A program made the position numbers and the translations under genes. The notes beneath the pieces were generated by a model, which saw nothing but the letters and a program-made list of their open reading frames with translations, was not told where the DNA came from and did no database searches. This document shows, piece after piece, positions 20,018 to 30,169 of a stretch of DNA of 64,000 nucleotides; the stretch's first letter is position 1, and every line of letters starts with the position of its first letter. Origin of the DNA: a virus; the IMG/VR virus record IMGVR_UViG_3300044953_000352, positions 1 through 64,000 of that record. One strand, given 5' to 3'.

Positions 20018-20694
20018 ATATATTTAGAGTCTAGTGTCAATGATTCAAATGCGGTGTCTATATTTTCATCAGAATTTCTTTGTTTTAATAATGACAATTG
20101 ATCCGCCAATGGAGGATCAAATATATAATGTTTTAAAATAGACAATGACTTTTTTTGAATCTGTATATCTACTGCTGCCCATGCGTGATGGTTCGTATCT
20201 AACAATGTTTCTATACTTGATTTCTTAATCATATATGCATGTGTACACATAGGAGGAGGATTTGATGTAATAATATTGTTAGATATTCTTGTTTGATATT
20301 CAATAGGTGGCAAACAACAATTTCCGACAAATACGTATTGCCAATCAAGTGGTAATTGATTTTTAAACTCTATAAATTTTTCTTTAAAATTATCACACAA
20401 TATTACATCATCCTCTAAAATTAAAAATTCATCATATGGAAGATACGATAAAGTTTTCCATAACATATAATGAGTTAATAAACATCCTATACGTCCTGCC
20501 TTAATAAAATAATCAGGACCAGTTGGATCATCTTCTTTATATGGAATTGTTGTTACTAATCCAAACTGTCTTCCGTTTATACCTTCAAAAAAATCAAAAT
20601 CAATTTTTTGATGTAATAAATTATATTTTATATAGTTTTGTCTTACTGGTGTATCTTTTAATGTTACACAAAATACTTTTGGAAAATTATTCAT
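20014..20694 (-). CDS. GT25 glycosyltransferase
   Basis: FFEGING, GRIGCLLTHYMLW, LILEDDV, CTHAYMI. Confidence 0.85.
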   Translation of the reverse strand: MNNFPKVFCVTLKDTPVRQNYIKYNLLHQKIDFDFFEGINGRQFGLVTTIPYKEDDPTGPDYFIKAGRIGCLLTHYMLWKTLSYLPYDEFLILEDDVILCDNFKEKFIEFKNQLPLDWQYVFVGNCCLPPIEYQTRISNNIITSNPPPMCTHAYMIKKSSIETLLDTNHHAWAAVDIQIQKKSLSILKHYIFDPPLADQLSLLKQRNSDENIDTAFESLTLDSKYI

Positions 20695-20696
20695 AA

Positions 20697-21411
20697 TTAT
20701 AACACATTATCATATTGATGATCATTTATATATGTTGCTATTATTTTGTTTTGCATAGATATATTTTTTCGTGTCTGAAAATAACATTGAAATAACATAT
20801 ATACAGGAATCATAATAAAAGGATATTTTTTTGCACATTGCGTCAATAAAAAGCAACCATTTTTTTGTATAGTTCCATGTGTAATAGGATTTTGATTTTC
20901 ATCACTTAAATTTGTATTTATATTAAATGATTCTTGCATTGTATCTATCATATAAGATAATATATTATTATCTTTCTTAGCCATAAAAACCCGTTTGATA
21001 AATGAAATGCTAATGGTAAATTTCCATCAAATTCTACATAATTAATAAATTTTCTAATTGTCCATTCGGAATATAAATGTTCAGTGATTGCCATCAACAT
21101 ATCATGTTCACAATTTATTAAATTTGGAATATAATTTTCCCAACAAAAAAAGTCACAATCTGAATAAATTCCACCATATTTGTTTATAATTTCTATACGG
21201 GCAACATCAGACATTCCATGATAATAATTATTTTTTTATAATAATCATACAATTTTTTGTTTTTTAGATGTATAGATTCAATATCAGATTCTCTCCAAAG
21301 TTTATATGTCCATTTAAATTTTTCACAATAAGGCTGCCATGACTTCATCATATTCCAAGTAGCTTTATTGCTATCACCAACCCATATTTGATGAACAATA
21401 TTTTCAATTAT
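20697..21411 (-). pseudogene. GT32 (DxD) glycosyltransferase with ATA in place of ATG and two 1-nt deletions
   Basis: IIENIVHQIWVG..YKLWRE; frameshift at T7 21231-21237; SDVARIEI..GGIYSDCD; frameshift at A5 20985-20989 (NGFF-MAKKDNNIL). Confidence 0.75.
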
Positions 21412-22016
21412 ATTCTCATATATAAATTACAAAAGTTATTTGGATCATCTGATTGTGCCTTATCGATTAATTTCATCTGGAATTTATTTTCAATTAAATC
21501 AATAGCTTGTTTTGATTGTACCCAATTTGCATCATTATACCATAGAAATCCTCCGTGTTTTATTTTAGGTACATAATTTAACACGTCTTGACAAGAACTT
21601 AATTCCTCATGATTTCCATCAATGTGTAATATATCAATTTCAAAATCAATATAATTTATACAATCATTTGATTTTCCTTTATAAATATGAATAAATGGTT
21701 CTAATTTTAGTTCTTGTACTGTTTTTAAACATTTCGAATATATTTTATCCAAATCTAACGAAGACCACCAATTTATTGCATTTTCTTCTGTTATGTATTC
21801 AATACAATCAGCGGTATTCCAAGAATCAATACCATAAACTTTTCCACGTCTATTTTTTCTTAAAGACAATGCTTGGCATATTAAAGATTTTCCGTAAAAT
21901 ACTCCTATTTCAACTATATTAGTTGGTTTCGTAGCCAAAATAAGACTAGAAATTTTAGTCATTTTATCATGACTACACCATCCTTCAATATTTTTTACAA
22001 TATCATAATTAATCAT
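21408..22016 (-). CDS. class I SAM methyltransferase (Methyltransf_24-like)
   Basis: IEGWCS, VEIGVFYGKS, GIDSW, DILHIDGNH. Confidence 0.85.
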   Translation of the reverse strand: MINYDIVKNIEGWCSHDKMTKISSLILATKPTNIVEIGVFYGKSLICQALSLRKNRRGKVYGIDSWNTADCIEYITEENAINWWSSLDLDKIYSKCLKTVQELKLEPFIHIYKGKSNDCINYIDFEIDILHIDGNHEELSSCQDVLNYVPKIKHGGFLWYNDANWVQSKQAIDLIENKFQMKLIDKAQSDDPNNFCNLYMRI

Positions 22017-24067
22017 ATTTTTATAATTCCAGTTTTTTCATCATTAAATCCAAAACTTACATAAAAGTTATTATTGTCTAATATCGCTCCGCATGGAAAT
22101 ACAACTATTGAACTGTTCTTTGGTAAAAATCTAAAATCAGTCTCATTTCCCCATAAAATAGGTTCATTTGATATCTCTACAATTTTATATGGTGGTTTAC
22201 TTTCAAATTTATAATATCCCATCATATACTGTCTCTTTGGATTTTTCCAAGGAATGCTACTATGAAAGAAATTATGATAGTAACCATCTTTTAATATAGG
22301 ATTGCTTCCCATTCTACATTCACCAAATTTCCATATTTTATTTATATTTATGTGAGAAATATATTCACTAACAACATTTCCTTGATAATCAAATTCAAGA
22401 ACAGTGTGCGGATACATTTTATATACACACATTAATTTTCCATCTTCTATAAAATACGTCCAATTTTTTTGACTTTTAGTATTAGTCAAACAATCTTTTG
22501 AATTGCCGTCATAGATTGGATGTATATTGTCAATATGATTAAATTCTTTGTCAAAAACTAATATTTTTTGATGTATATATGAAGAATTATGTAACTGATA
22601 ATTTGCACAACTTACAAAGATTTTATCTTCTGCAACTAATACTCTAGGATCTTCATATTGTTCATCTTCGACTTCATTAATAATATTTAATTGTACAGAT
22701 TCTAGATTATTATCTAAATTAAATAGTTTTAAAGTATTGTGTGGAATTAAATCTTCATCAATATTACAATAACGAGTCATTATGTAATTTTGATTATTTA
22801 ATTTAAATAATGAAGGATTAAAATAAAAATTATTTACATCATATGGAAAATTTAAAATTTTTACATCAGAATGTTGATCAGTAATAGAAATAGAAATTTT
22901 ATCTTTTGTAAAATTAGAAACAAAATATTTTTCTGATTTCAAACCTTGTTTATAATTGTGTTGACATAATTCTATTGCATGATCTTTATCAGGATTTGCC
23001 CATTTGTATTTATTATCTAAATAATAATTTCTAAATATATACGAATTAACATCAACTAAATTATATCTAATCAATCCTTCATAATCAAGTCCAAGATATT
23101 CAAGATGACCGCCATAACCAGTTGCTATAATTTTATTTTTATGATTATATGCATCATGTATACTCAAACTAAATCCTTCAGTATGTGTGAGTGTTAAATA
23201 ACAATCACAATTATAATGCAAGCTTTGAATTTCATCATAATTTAACTGATCTTTTATCAATACAATAGGTGCATGATCATATTTTAAAGTCAATTCATTA
23301 ATATATTTCGCGCACTCTATTTGTTCTTCAATAGAGTAATTTGCTCTAAATGTTTTAACAAATAAAATTACTCTGTCTGTAGATTTAAAACTTCTGCAAA
23401 AGGTTTCAATGGTATCATCTATATTTTTTCGATGTGTTAATTGCTCAATACAATAAAATTTATAATAATCATTTAAATTAATACCCACTAAATCTTTTTT
23501 ATATATTATAACACTCTTTTTTAACAAATGTTCAATTGTAAAACGAGTATCTCCAACGTTCGTAAATACATGTGGCTCAACAATGATTGGTTTTGTTACT
23601 CCATTTTTTATAAAAATTTGTTTGTTCCATTCTGTAGGAACACTTACAGTTGTAACAACACTTTCATTAATTGATTTAATCCAATCAGGATGTACATTTT
23701 CAAATTCCCAAACTGTTCTACCTATTATTTTAATGTTATTATCAGAGTTAATGCTTGCATTAAAAAATAATTCATTCCAAACAAGAGGTACAGAATGAAT
23801 TATAACAGTTGAATAAGTTAAAAATATAGTTTTTTTAGACTTTGCTATAAATTTATCAAATGTAGTGCTTTCTTCAATGTAATATGTATTTGATTGATTA
23901 TATTGTATCCAGTGAACATATGCTTTCTTTGCATTCAATTGATATAAATATCCTTTGGCAGCAGTTGCGTATCCACTTGTTCCAATAGAACTTATATACA
24001 AAATTCGTTCTGGAGCAGGTGTTAAAACCTTTTTAGGTAATAAATCAAATTTTGAAATATCGTTCAT
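22013..24067 (-). CDS. GT4 glycosyltransferase fused to a GH130/GT91-like five-bladed beta-propeller
   Basis: N-half: GTSGYA, TVWE, THTEGFSL. C-half: YFNPSL, EDPRV, QKNW, VVFPCGA, VSFGFND. Confidence 0.75.
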   Translation of the reverse strand: MNDISKFDLLPKKVLTPAPERILYISSIGTSGYATAAKGYLYQLNAKKAYVHWIQYNQSNTYYIEESTTFDKFIAKSKKTIFLTYSTVIIHSVPLVWNELFFNASINSDNNIKIIGRTVWEFENVHPDWIKSINESVVTTVSVPTEWNKQIFIKNGVTKPIIVEPHVFTNVGDTRFTIEHLLKKSVIIYKKDLVGINLNDYYKFYCIEQLTHRKNIDDTIETFCRSFKSTDRVILFVKTFRANYSIEEQIECAKYINELTLKYDHAPIVLIKDQLNYDEIQSLHYNCDCYLTLTHTEGFSLSIHDAYNHKNKIIATGYGGHLEYLGLDYEGLIRYNLVDVNSYIFRNYYLDNKYKWANPDKDHAIELCQHNYKQGLKSEKYFVSNFTKDKISISITDQHSDVKILNFPYDVNNFYFNPSLFKLNNQNYIMTRYCNIDEDLIPHNTLKLFNLDNNLESVQLNIINEVEDEQYEDPRVLVAEDKIFVSCANYQLHNSSYIHQKILVFDKEFNHIDNIHPIYDGNSKDCLTNTKSQKNWTYFIEDGKLMCVYKMYPHTVLEFDYQGNVVSEYISHININKIWKFGECRMGSNPILKDGYYHNFFHSSIPWKNPKRQYMMGYYKFESKPPYKIVEISNEPILWGNETDFRFLPKNSSIVVFPCGAILDNNNFYVSFGFNDEKTGIIKI

Positions 24068-24117
24068 TATAACTCTTTACAATAAGTATAAAGAATTATA
24101 CAAATTTATTATTATAA

Positions 24118-24654
24118 TTACCTATATTCTGGCTTAAGTAGACGCCATCTATCACTATCAATTTCTTTTTCTCCAGAGTTTATTTTTTTTAACATATTAA
24201 GTACATCTTCTTTTGAAGAATAAATATAATTGTGTGGAATAGTCCAAAATACCCAAAATGGTGTAAGTTTTTTACCTCCTTCTGTTATAAAAAAAATAGG
24301 GCGTTTACTTCTATTTGCTAAAAAAAATTCTTCCCATGAACCAACTGTAACTATATTTGGTATAAAATGAAAAATAATAAAGTCTGATTTTTCAATTAAT
24401 GCCAAATCAAAAGAACGTATAGATTTTAAATTGGAAATTTTATCGTATTGTTCATTTTCTGCCCACTCTTTTAATTTACACGTAACTTGTTCCGATTCAT
24501 TTAATTTTTGATTATCAAACGGTTTATTATAATGATTAAAAATTGTTACATTTAATGTAGATAGTTCATTTTTAAAAAAATCTCGTATATTTCTTCCGTT
24601 TGCATATTGCATTGGACCAATTACAGTACATTTAGTTTTATTTAGTAGATTCAT
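24118..24654 (-). CDS. nucleoside 2-deoxyribosyltransferase-like protein
   Basis: IGPMQY, RSFDLALIEKSDFII, VGSWEEFFLANRSKRPIF. Confidence 0.6.
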   Translation of the reverse strand: MNLLNKTKCTVIGPMQYANGRNIRDFFKNELSTLNVTIFNHYNKPFDNQKLNESEQVTCKLKEWAENEQYDKISNLKSIRSFDLALIEKSDFIIFHFIPNIVTVGSWEEFFLANRSKRPIFFITEGGKKLTPFWVFWTIPHNYIYSSKEDVLNMLKKINSGEKEIDSDRWRLLKPEYR

Positions 24655-25363
24655 ATGTTTTAATTATAAGTTTTGCATAATATACTAACTCGTCTAAAGA
24701 GAAATCTTGTTTAATATTGTTAACGTCTTTGTGTACCCATTGTACGTTACCTATTATATAACCCTTTGAAGAATCAATTCTATCAATAGATGCCGTTTGT
24801 TTATTATTTTTATTTGAGATTAACGATATATCCAACCCAGACAATGCACATTTTTTATTTTGTTTTAAATATAAGTCCCACAAATATTCTTTTGTTACTA
24901 AGTATTCAATTTTACGCTTCATTGCATTATATTTTATAGAAGATAAATATCTACCTTGTAAATCACCAATACCTTTATAATTAAAAGAATGTGGGTATAA
25001 ATCTCTCGCTTTTTTTAGATTGTTATAACTTGTTTGTACATGAAGACATCCGCATGATTTTATTTTAGCACTTATCAAATCTGATCCACGGGCTTCTGTC
25101 ACATTACCACATTCACATAAACATTCCCACATTGTTTTTTTATTATTATCACAGCGTGTAAACTTTTTTACAATTAATCTACCGTATATGTTTCCTATTA
25201 AATTAATTTTTCCTTTTTTTATTAAAATTTGATTTAATTTTAATATTTTTAATACCGATTTAATATTAATTTTATATTTTTCTGAGATATTTTTACTTGT
25301 TAATTGATTAATTGTATACTCTTTGATAATTTGTTTTTGTAATTGTTTTAGTCTATTTGTCAT
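24638..25363 (-). CDS. free-standing HNH homing endonuclease
   Basis: YGRLIV...WECLCECGN...KSCGC; KCALSG; ASIDRIDSSKGYIIGNVQWVHKDVNNIK. Confidence 0.85.
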   Translation of the reverse strand: MTNRLKQLQKQIIKEYTINQLTSKNISEKYKINIKSVLKILKLNQILIKKGKINLIGNIYGRLIVKKFTRCDNNKKTMWECLCECGNVTEARGSDLISAKIKSCGCLHVQTSYNNLKKARDLYPHSFNYKGIGDLQGRYLSSIKYNAMKRKIEYLVTKEYLWDLYLKQNKKCALSGLDISLISNKNNKQTASIDRIDSSKGYIIGNVQWVHKDVNNIKQDFSLDELVYYAKLIIKTYESTK

Positions 25364-25409
25364 ATAATATAAATATGTACAATTTCTTCAATAAACATAC
25401 ATTTCTTCA

Positions 25410-25597
25410 TTAGCCTCCTATAGTACGTATATGCAATCTAACTTTATTTAGTTTTTCATATTCAAAAACATAACGGTCGTCCATATAAGGATATTTATGT
25501 GTATAAATTATATATTCATTCTTATATGAGGTAGCATCAACTCGTTCAAACCAACTGTAACGTTTAAAATATTCAGTAATAATTTTAAGTTTTTCAT
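25410..25597 (-). pseudogene. small 62 aa gene with a 1-nt deletion in the A run after ATG
   Basis: ATGA overlap with clamp-loader stop; adding one A to the run at 25590-25594 gives MKKLKIITEYFKRYSWFERV...HIRTIGG*, which fills the gap. Confidence 0.5.
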
Positions 25598-26544
25598 AGT
25601 TCAGATAATAGTTTAGAAATACATGCCATAAACATTATTTCTTTGTTTACAACCATACTACTTTGATAAAGATATTCTGCCACAATAAGAATAGCAACGC
25701 TTTGATTATTCGATGCATATTCGTTTACCTTTTCAAACAACAATTCATACAATTCTTCAAAATGACGAATTCCACTATCTGCAACTAACTGACGAATAGT
25801 TAAGAATTTAGTATTCTTATCTCCAGTCGATTTTAACACCTCTAGAATTTTACTTTTCGCAGTTGCAGCGGATGATTGTAATTCAGTTATTTTGATAATA
25901 CCATCAATCGTTGACTGTTGTGAAAAATTGATAACTTTACGAATATCTGGATAATATGTGTTTACAATATATCCAATATCTTCCATAGTATGACTGACCT
26001 TTTCTTTGATCAATATATTCTTAAGATGAATGGCTACATCTTTCTTTGTCATCGGTGTAATCTCATAACATTGACAACGAGAAAACAAAGGCTCGCTAAT
26101 CTTTTCAAAATAGTTACAAGTTAGTATAAATCGAGTAGAACGTGAATATGATTCGATCATATTACGCAATGCTGCCTGTGAACTATGTGTTAGAAAATCC
26201 GCTTCGTCTAAGATAACAATCTTTAAAGCAGATAATCCTGCATTTGCAGAAAAGTCTTTGATTTTTGTTCTTACATTATCTACATTATTCTGATCAGATG
26301 CATTGATATATAATGCATCACACTTGAGAGTAGATGCAATTAGTTTAGCCAAAGTTGTCTTTCCTGTTCCAGCTTTTCCAAAAAATAACAAATGCGGAAT
26401 ATCATTTGTTTTAATGTAACGGGAAACGGTTTCTTTCAAAGAAGAATTGCCTACATAATCAGTCAATGCATTCGGACGATATTTTTCTGCCCAAATAGTA
26501 TGTTCTACAACTTCAGTTTTATTCTTTGTTTCAAATAGATCCAT
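25594..26544 (-). CDS. clamp loader large subunit (T4 gp44/RFC-like)
   Basis: WAEKYRP, GKAGTGKTT, INASD, ILDEADFLT, QAALR, SRC. Confidence 0.95.
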   Translation of the reverse strand: MDLFETKNKTEVVEHTIWAEKYRPNALTDYVGNSSLKETVSRYIKTNDIPHLLFFGKAGTGKTTLAKLIASTLKCDALYINASDQNNVDNVRTKIKDFSANAGLSALKIVILDEADFLTHSSQAALRNMIESYSRSTRFILTCNYFEKISEPLFSRCQCYEITPMTKKDVAIHLKNILIKEKVSHTMEDIGYIVNTYYPDIRKVINFSQQSTIDGIIKITELQSSAATAKSKILEVLKSTGDKNTKFLTIRQLVADSGIRHFEELYELLFEKVNEYASNNQSVAILIVAEYLYQSSMVVNKEIMFMACISKLLSEL

Positions 26545-26556
26545 ATATAAATATTT

Positions 26557-27312
26557 TTAGAATTCTGAAATACCAACCAAGTAATAAGTTGAACAAATAT
26601 TATCCTTTGTAAATATAATCTGACCCAATCCGTTTTTATGATTGCTAATATTAAAAGTAGTCTTATCTACATCTTTGTTTGCAGACAGAATTTCTTTGAA
26701 TAAATCTGCATTAAAATGTACCATCTTAGATAAAGAATTCTTTCCTTCAATTGTTTCTACTTGAAACTTTACATTTGTAGAATTCAATCCTTTAATATTG
26801 TGTCCAAATACCATTTCGATTTGATCGTCGTTATTCCAAAATGTAACCGCAGTGGCATCATGTAATGCAGATTTAGCAGACGAAAACTTACTGATAAATT
26901 CTTTATCTACGATAATCTCTGCTTCAAATTCAGGAATAGCTCCTTTTTTAAGGGTAGCAGGTTCAGGAATCACTGTCAAATCGGCAGTAACATACTTGAT
27001 TTTGGTAGATTTATCACCAAGATTTATTCCAGTAATACGTTCTTCACCATCAATAGTGTTCTTTTCAAATGATGTATTGACATCTTCTTGCAAGATATTA
27101 ATCAACTTTAAAAACTTAGAAGTATCATGAATACCAAACTCAACTTCTTTAAAGTCTGAAAACTCTGAATAGGTTACATTAAGGTGCAACAACTTGTTGT
27201 CAGTAGACACATCTACAGATAGTTTATTATCTGTTGCCTTCCATTTAACTGCTTCATTTGTACCGGAAAGATAATAGTTTTTAATAAAAGTTTCTAGATT
27301 ACTTTTCTTCAT
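26557..27312 (-). CDS. sliding clamp (T4 gp45-like)
   Basis: Between polymerase and clamp loader; ~250 aa; FGIHDTSKFL, YVTADLTVIP, C-terminal STYYLV. Confidence 0.75.
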   Translation of the reverse strand: MKKSNLETFIKNYYLSGTNEAVKWKATDNKLSVDVSTDNKLLHLNVTYSEFSDFKEVEFGIHDTSKFLKLINILQEDVNTSFEKNTIDGEERITGINLGDKSTKIKYVTADLTVIPEPATLKKGAIPEFEAEIIVDKEFISKFSSAKSALHDATAVTFWNNDDQIEMVFGHNIKGLNSTNVKFQVETIEGKNSLSKMVHFNADLFKEILSANKDVDKTTFNISNHKNGLGQIIFTKDNICSTYYLVGISEF

Positions 27313-27375
27313 ATAATAACTGTATTTTACTGTGTATAGTATAGTTGAAAACAATAGGAGTGTCGATTTTTTATA

Positions 27376-29901
27376 TCAGAAATCAAAGAAGTCTGATGCA
27401 TTATTTGAATTTGCATCAGGATAATGCCAATTCAATACTTTGTAAAAATCTTCTAATTTAGATTTTAACTCTTGTTCGTACATTGAATTTCTATCAATAT
27501 ATTTTTCAATGAAATTTAAAATTTGATCTGGATCAGTATCATCCGCTTTCATGGCAATTGCTTCTATGCCAAATGAATTCTCAGACAAGTATACCCACTT
27601 GATTTTTTGCCCATGAACAATTCTTGGATGTTTTTTATGTAAATTCCAATGTTCCAATAGATCATTATATGCTAATCCAGCTTTTACTTGCGCCGGTGTA
27701 CCAAGTACAAATGTAAAAGGAGAACGAGTTTGTGGATTGTAATTTTTACTTTTATCCTGACTCATAAATTTTACACTAGTATTTTTTGCAATATCTATGA
27801 TAGATACCGTGTCAATATTCTTTTTAAAGTCAAGAATTTTTTCATCGATAATTGATTTATCTACCTTTTTAAGAAGATCAATCAAGAATTGATTCATGAA
27901 TGTACGAAACTTTAAAGGAAAACTTGTGCGTACAACATCGATTCCTTTAATTTCTAGTTCATCACATTCAATACCACCTTTATTTATGATGAATTGAGTA
28001 TAACGTTTTTTAGCCAACCAAAATCCAGTCTTTGCAATCACTTCTTGTTTTGCATCAAAACGATGTGTTTTCAAATGAAACATTTTCTGTGACATCACAT
28101 CAAACATTTTATTTACAAACTTTTGAACTTCTGAACACACCGACAAAATAGCAGTGGTCATTTGTTTTTCATCATTTACATCTATTTCAGGCATTTTATG
28201 CTTGATAATAGGCAATGCACTTGCAAAACAACTGTCTGTATCGGAATAAATAACATAATCCTCCTCTTTATTTAGTTCTTTTTTGTAATACAGATTTACT
28301 GCTTTTCCAACAGTCTGAATAATAGTAACACCAGTTTTAGTTACAGCTTCAGCATTATCCTTATCATAAAAACGAAATATAGGAAGTCCGAGAACTCCAT
28401 AAGCACTATTCAACATGATTTTTTGCACCAACTGACGTTGATGATAAAATTCATACAATTCTTTGTTGTTTTCTTTACCATATTTCTTTTCCAACTTACG
28501 CATTTCAACACGTTCATTGAACCATTTAATCAATATGTCAGGAATAACACCAACTTTATCACGTTTATATAGACATCCATTACTTGCAACACTGAGATTC
28601 TGCTGATCAAGCAATTGCTTAAATTCATCAACAGTATATGGATTTCCAGAAATAAAAATCTTCTCTAATTCTCCGTTTATAAATTTCTCAACATCCCAGT
28701 TGTCTACTTTACCAACTTTGGTTTCTGGACTGATATTAAGACTAATGATAATATTAGGATACATACTTGTAAGGTCCAAGTCGTAAATCCATTCATAACG
28801 ACCCGGAATAGGATCTTTTACGTATGCACCTTCAAATCCTTCTTCGTTGTCTTCAATACGTTGTTCATACTCTTCTCGTCCTTCTATTGGTTTATTTGGA
28901 GCAATTCTACCTCCGTTTCTACGAAGATATGTCAATATAGCTCCTTCAAGATAACGAGAACTCATTGAAAAACTTTCATACGGAACGTGTCCTGCATGAC
29001 AGATCTTTCTTGCCAATTCGATATATTTTTTAAGTTTATCTAATACAACAACAATCTTTACGTCATTTAAATTGTATTCAAGATACTTATTCAGATCGTT
29101 TTTATACAAATCATTCAAACTACCTTTATATTGTATTTTATCAATATTGACAAACTTTTTACCAATGTAACCGAGTGCATACGATGGTTCCTTTTTGTCA
29201 GCGTACTTCTTGAAAAGTTCAAGATAATCCAAACAGGAAATTCCAGCAACAACCAAACGTTTGCTCCAATCGTTGATATAACAAATTTGAATAGGACTCA
29301 ATCGTTTGGCGTGATCGTTGCCCATGACATTCTTAATTCGATTATACATATATGGCATATCGAATCCATCAATGTTCCATCCAGTAACAATTGTAAATGC
29401 AAGTTCTTCCCACTTATTGAGAAATCCGTTTAACAAATTATATTCATTGTCATAACAGATAACTTCAACACCATTGATTACTTGTTGATTTACACGATTA
29501 TCTTTATCCAACAAAAATGCAATATACTTGTCAGATGGTTGGTCATAAATCGATATTGCTGTGATTTCCTTATCACCCTTTTCGACATTAGGAAACCCAC
29601 CCTCAGAATCAGTTTCAATATCAATAAAACCGATGCGGTGTCCTGTAGAAACATCATCACTATCTTCGTACAAATCAATTAAAACTTTAGTGTCTAGAGG
29701 AACATCCGCTTCAAACAAAGAAGGATCTCTTGGATTAAAATGAGTTACACGTTCTAATTCATCTCCATAAATGCTGCGATAACGTCCACCAGCACGTTTA
29801 CGATAGGCATAATTTCTAAAAGGAACGTTTTGATAGCCACCTTTATCATCCCAAAGATGTACTGTACTAGATTTCTTATCAATAAATATATTTTTATACA
29901 C
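27376..29901 (-). CDS. family B DNA polymerase (T4 gp43-like)
   Basis: DIET (ExoI), TGWNIDGFDMPY, YNLNDV, DLDLTSMYPNII, KIMLNSAYG, YSDTDS, KKRY; C-terminal DFFDF clamp-binding motif. Confidence 0.97.
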   Translation of the reverse strand: MYKNIFIDKKSSTVHLWDDKGGYQNVPFRNYAYRKRAGGRYRSIYGDELERVTHFNPRDPSLFEADVPLDTKVLIDLYEDSDDVSTGHRIGFIDIETDSEGGFPNVEKGDKEITAISIYDQPSDKYIAFLLDKDNRVNQQVINGVEVICYDNEYNLLNGFLNKWEELAFTIVTGWNIDGFDMPYMYNRIKNVMGNDHAKRLSPIQICYINDWSKRLVVAGISCLDYLELFKKYADKKEPSYALGYIGKKFVNIDKIQYKGSLNDLYKNDLNKYLEYNLNDVKIVVVLDKLKKYIELARKICHAGHVPYESFSMSSRYLEGAILTYLRRNGGRIAPNKPIEGREEYEQRIEDNEEGFEGAYVKDPIPGRYEWIYDLDLTSMYPNIIISLNISPETKVGKVDNWDVEKFINGELEKIFISGNPYTVDEFKQLLDQQNLSVASNGCLYKRDKVGVIPDILIKWFNERVEMRKLEKKYGKENNKELYEFYHQRQLVQKIMLNSAYGVLGLPIFRFYDKDNAEAVTKTGVTIIQTVGKAVNLYYKKELNKEEDYVIYSDTDSCFASALPIIKHKMPEIDVNDEKQMTTAILSVCSEVQKFVNKMFDVMSQKMFHLKTHRFDAKQEVIAKTGFWLAKKRYTQFIINKGGIECDELEIKGIDVVRTSFPLKFRTFMNQFLIDLLKKVDKSIIDEKILDFKKNIDTVSIIDIAKNTSVKFMSQDKSKNYNPQTRSPFTFVLGTPAQVKAGLAYNDLLEHWNLHKKHPRIVHGQKIKWVYLSENSFGIEAIAMKADDTDPDQILNFIEKYIDRNSMYEQELKSKLEDFYKVLNWHYPDANSNNASDFFDF

Positions 29902-29907
29902 AGAGTT

Positions 29908-30135
29908 TTATGAAGATAATTTATTTTTCAAAGAAACAAATATGTGTTTGTGTTCTTCTTTAATGAACTTTTCACACAAGTCTATTCTTTGAATCAATTT
30001 ATCATGACGAATAGAAGTAAATAGCATAAGTTCCATTTCAATGCCAGCCAAAACTTGAGGACTGACTTTGTTTACCATAAACCATAACATTGCTACTTCA
30101 TCTTCATTCAATGATTTTAATTGTTCAATCTTCAT
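29908..30135 (-). CDS. hypothetical protein
   Basis: 75 aa ORF directly downstream of a sigma70-like promoter. Confidence 0.6.
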   Translation of the reverse strand: MKIEQLKSLNEDEVAMLWFMVNKVSPQVLAGIEMELMLFTSIRHDKLIQRIDLCEKFIKEEHKHIFVSLKNKLSS

Positions 30136-30141
30136 CCATCT

Positions 30142-30169
30142 ATGATACCACCATCAACCTAAAAGTCAA
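30142..30169 (-). promoter_or_regulatory. sigma70-like promoter for the polymerase/clamp operon
   Basis: TTGACT-N16-TATCAT with TG extension; ATG 6 nt downstream. Confidence 0.55.
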
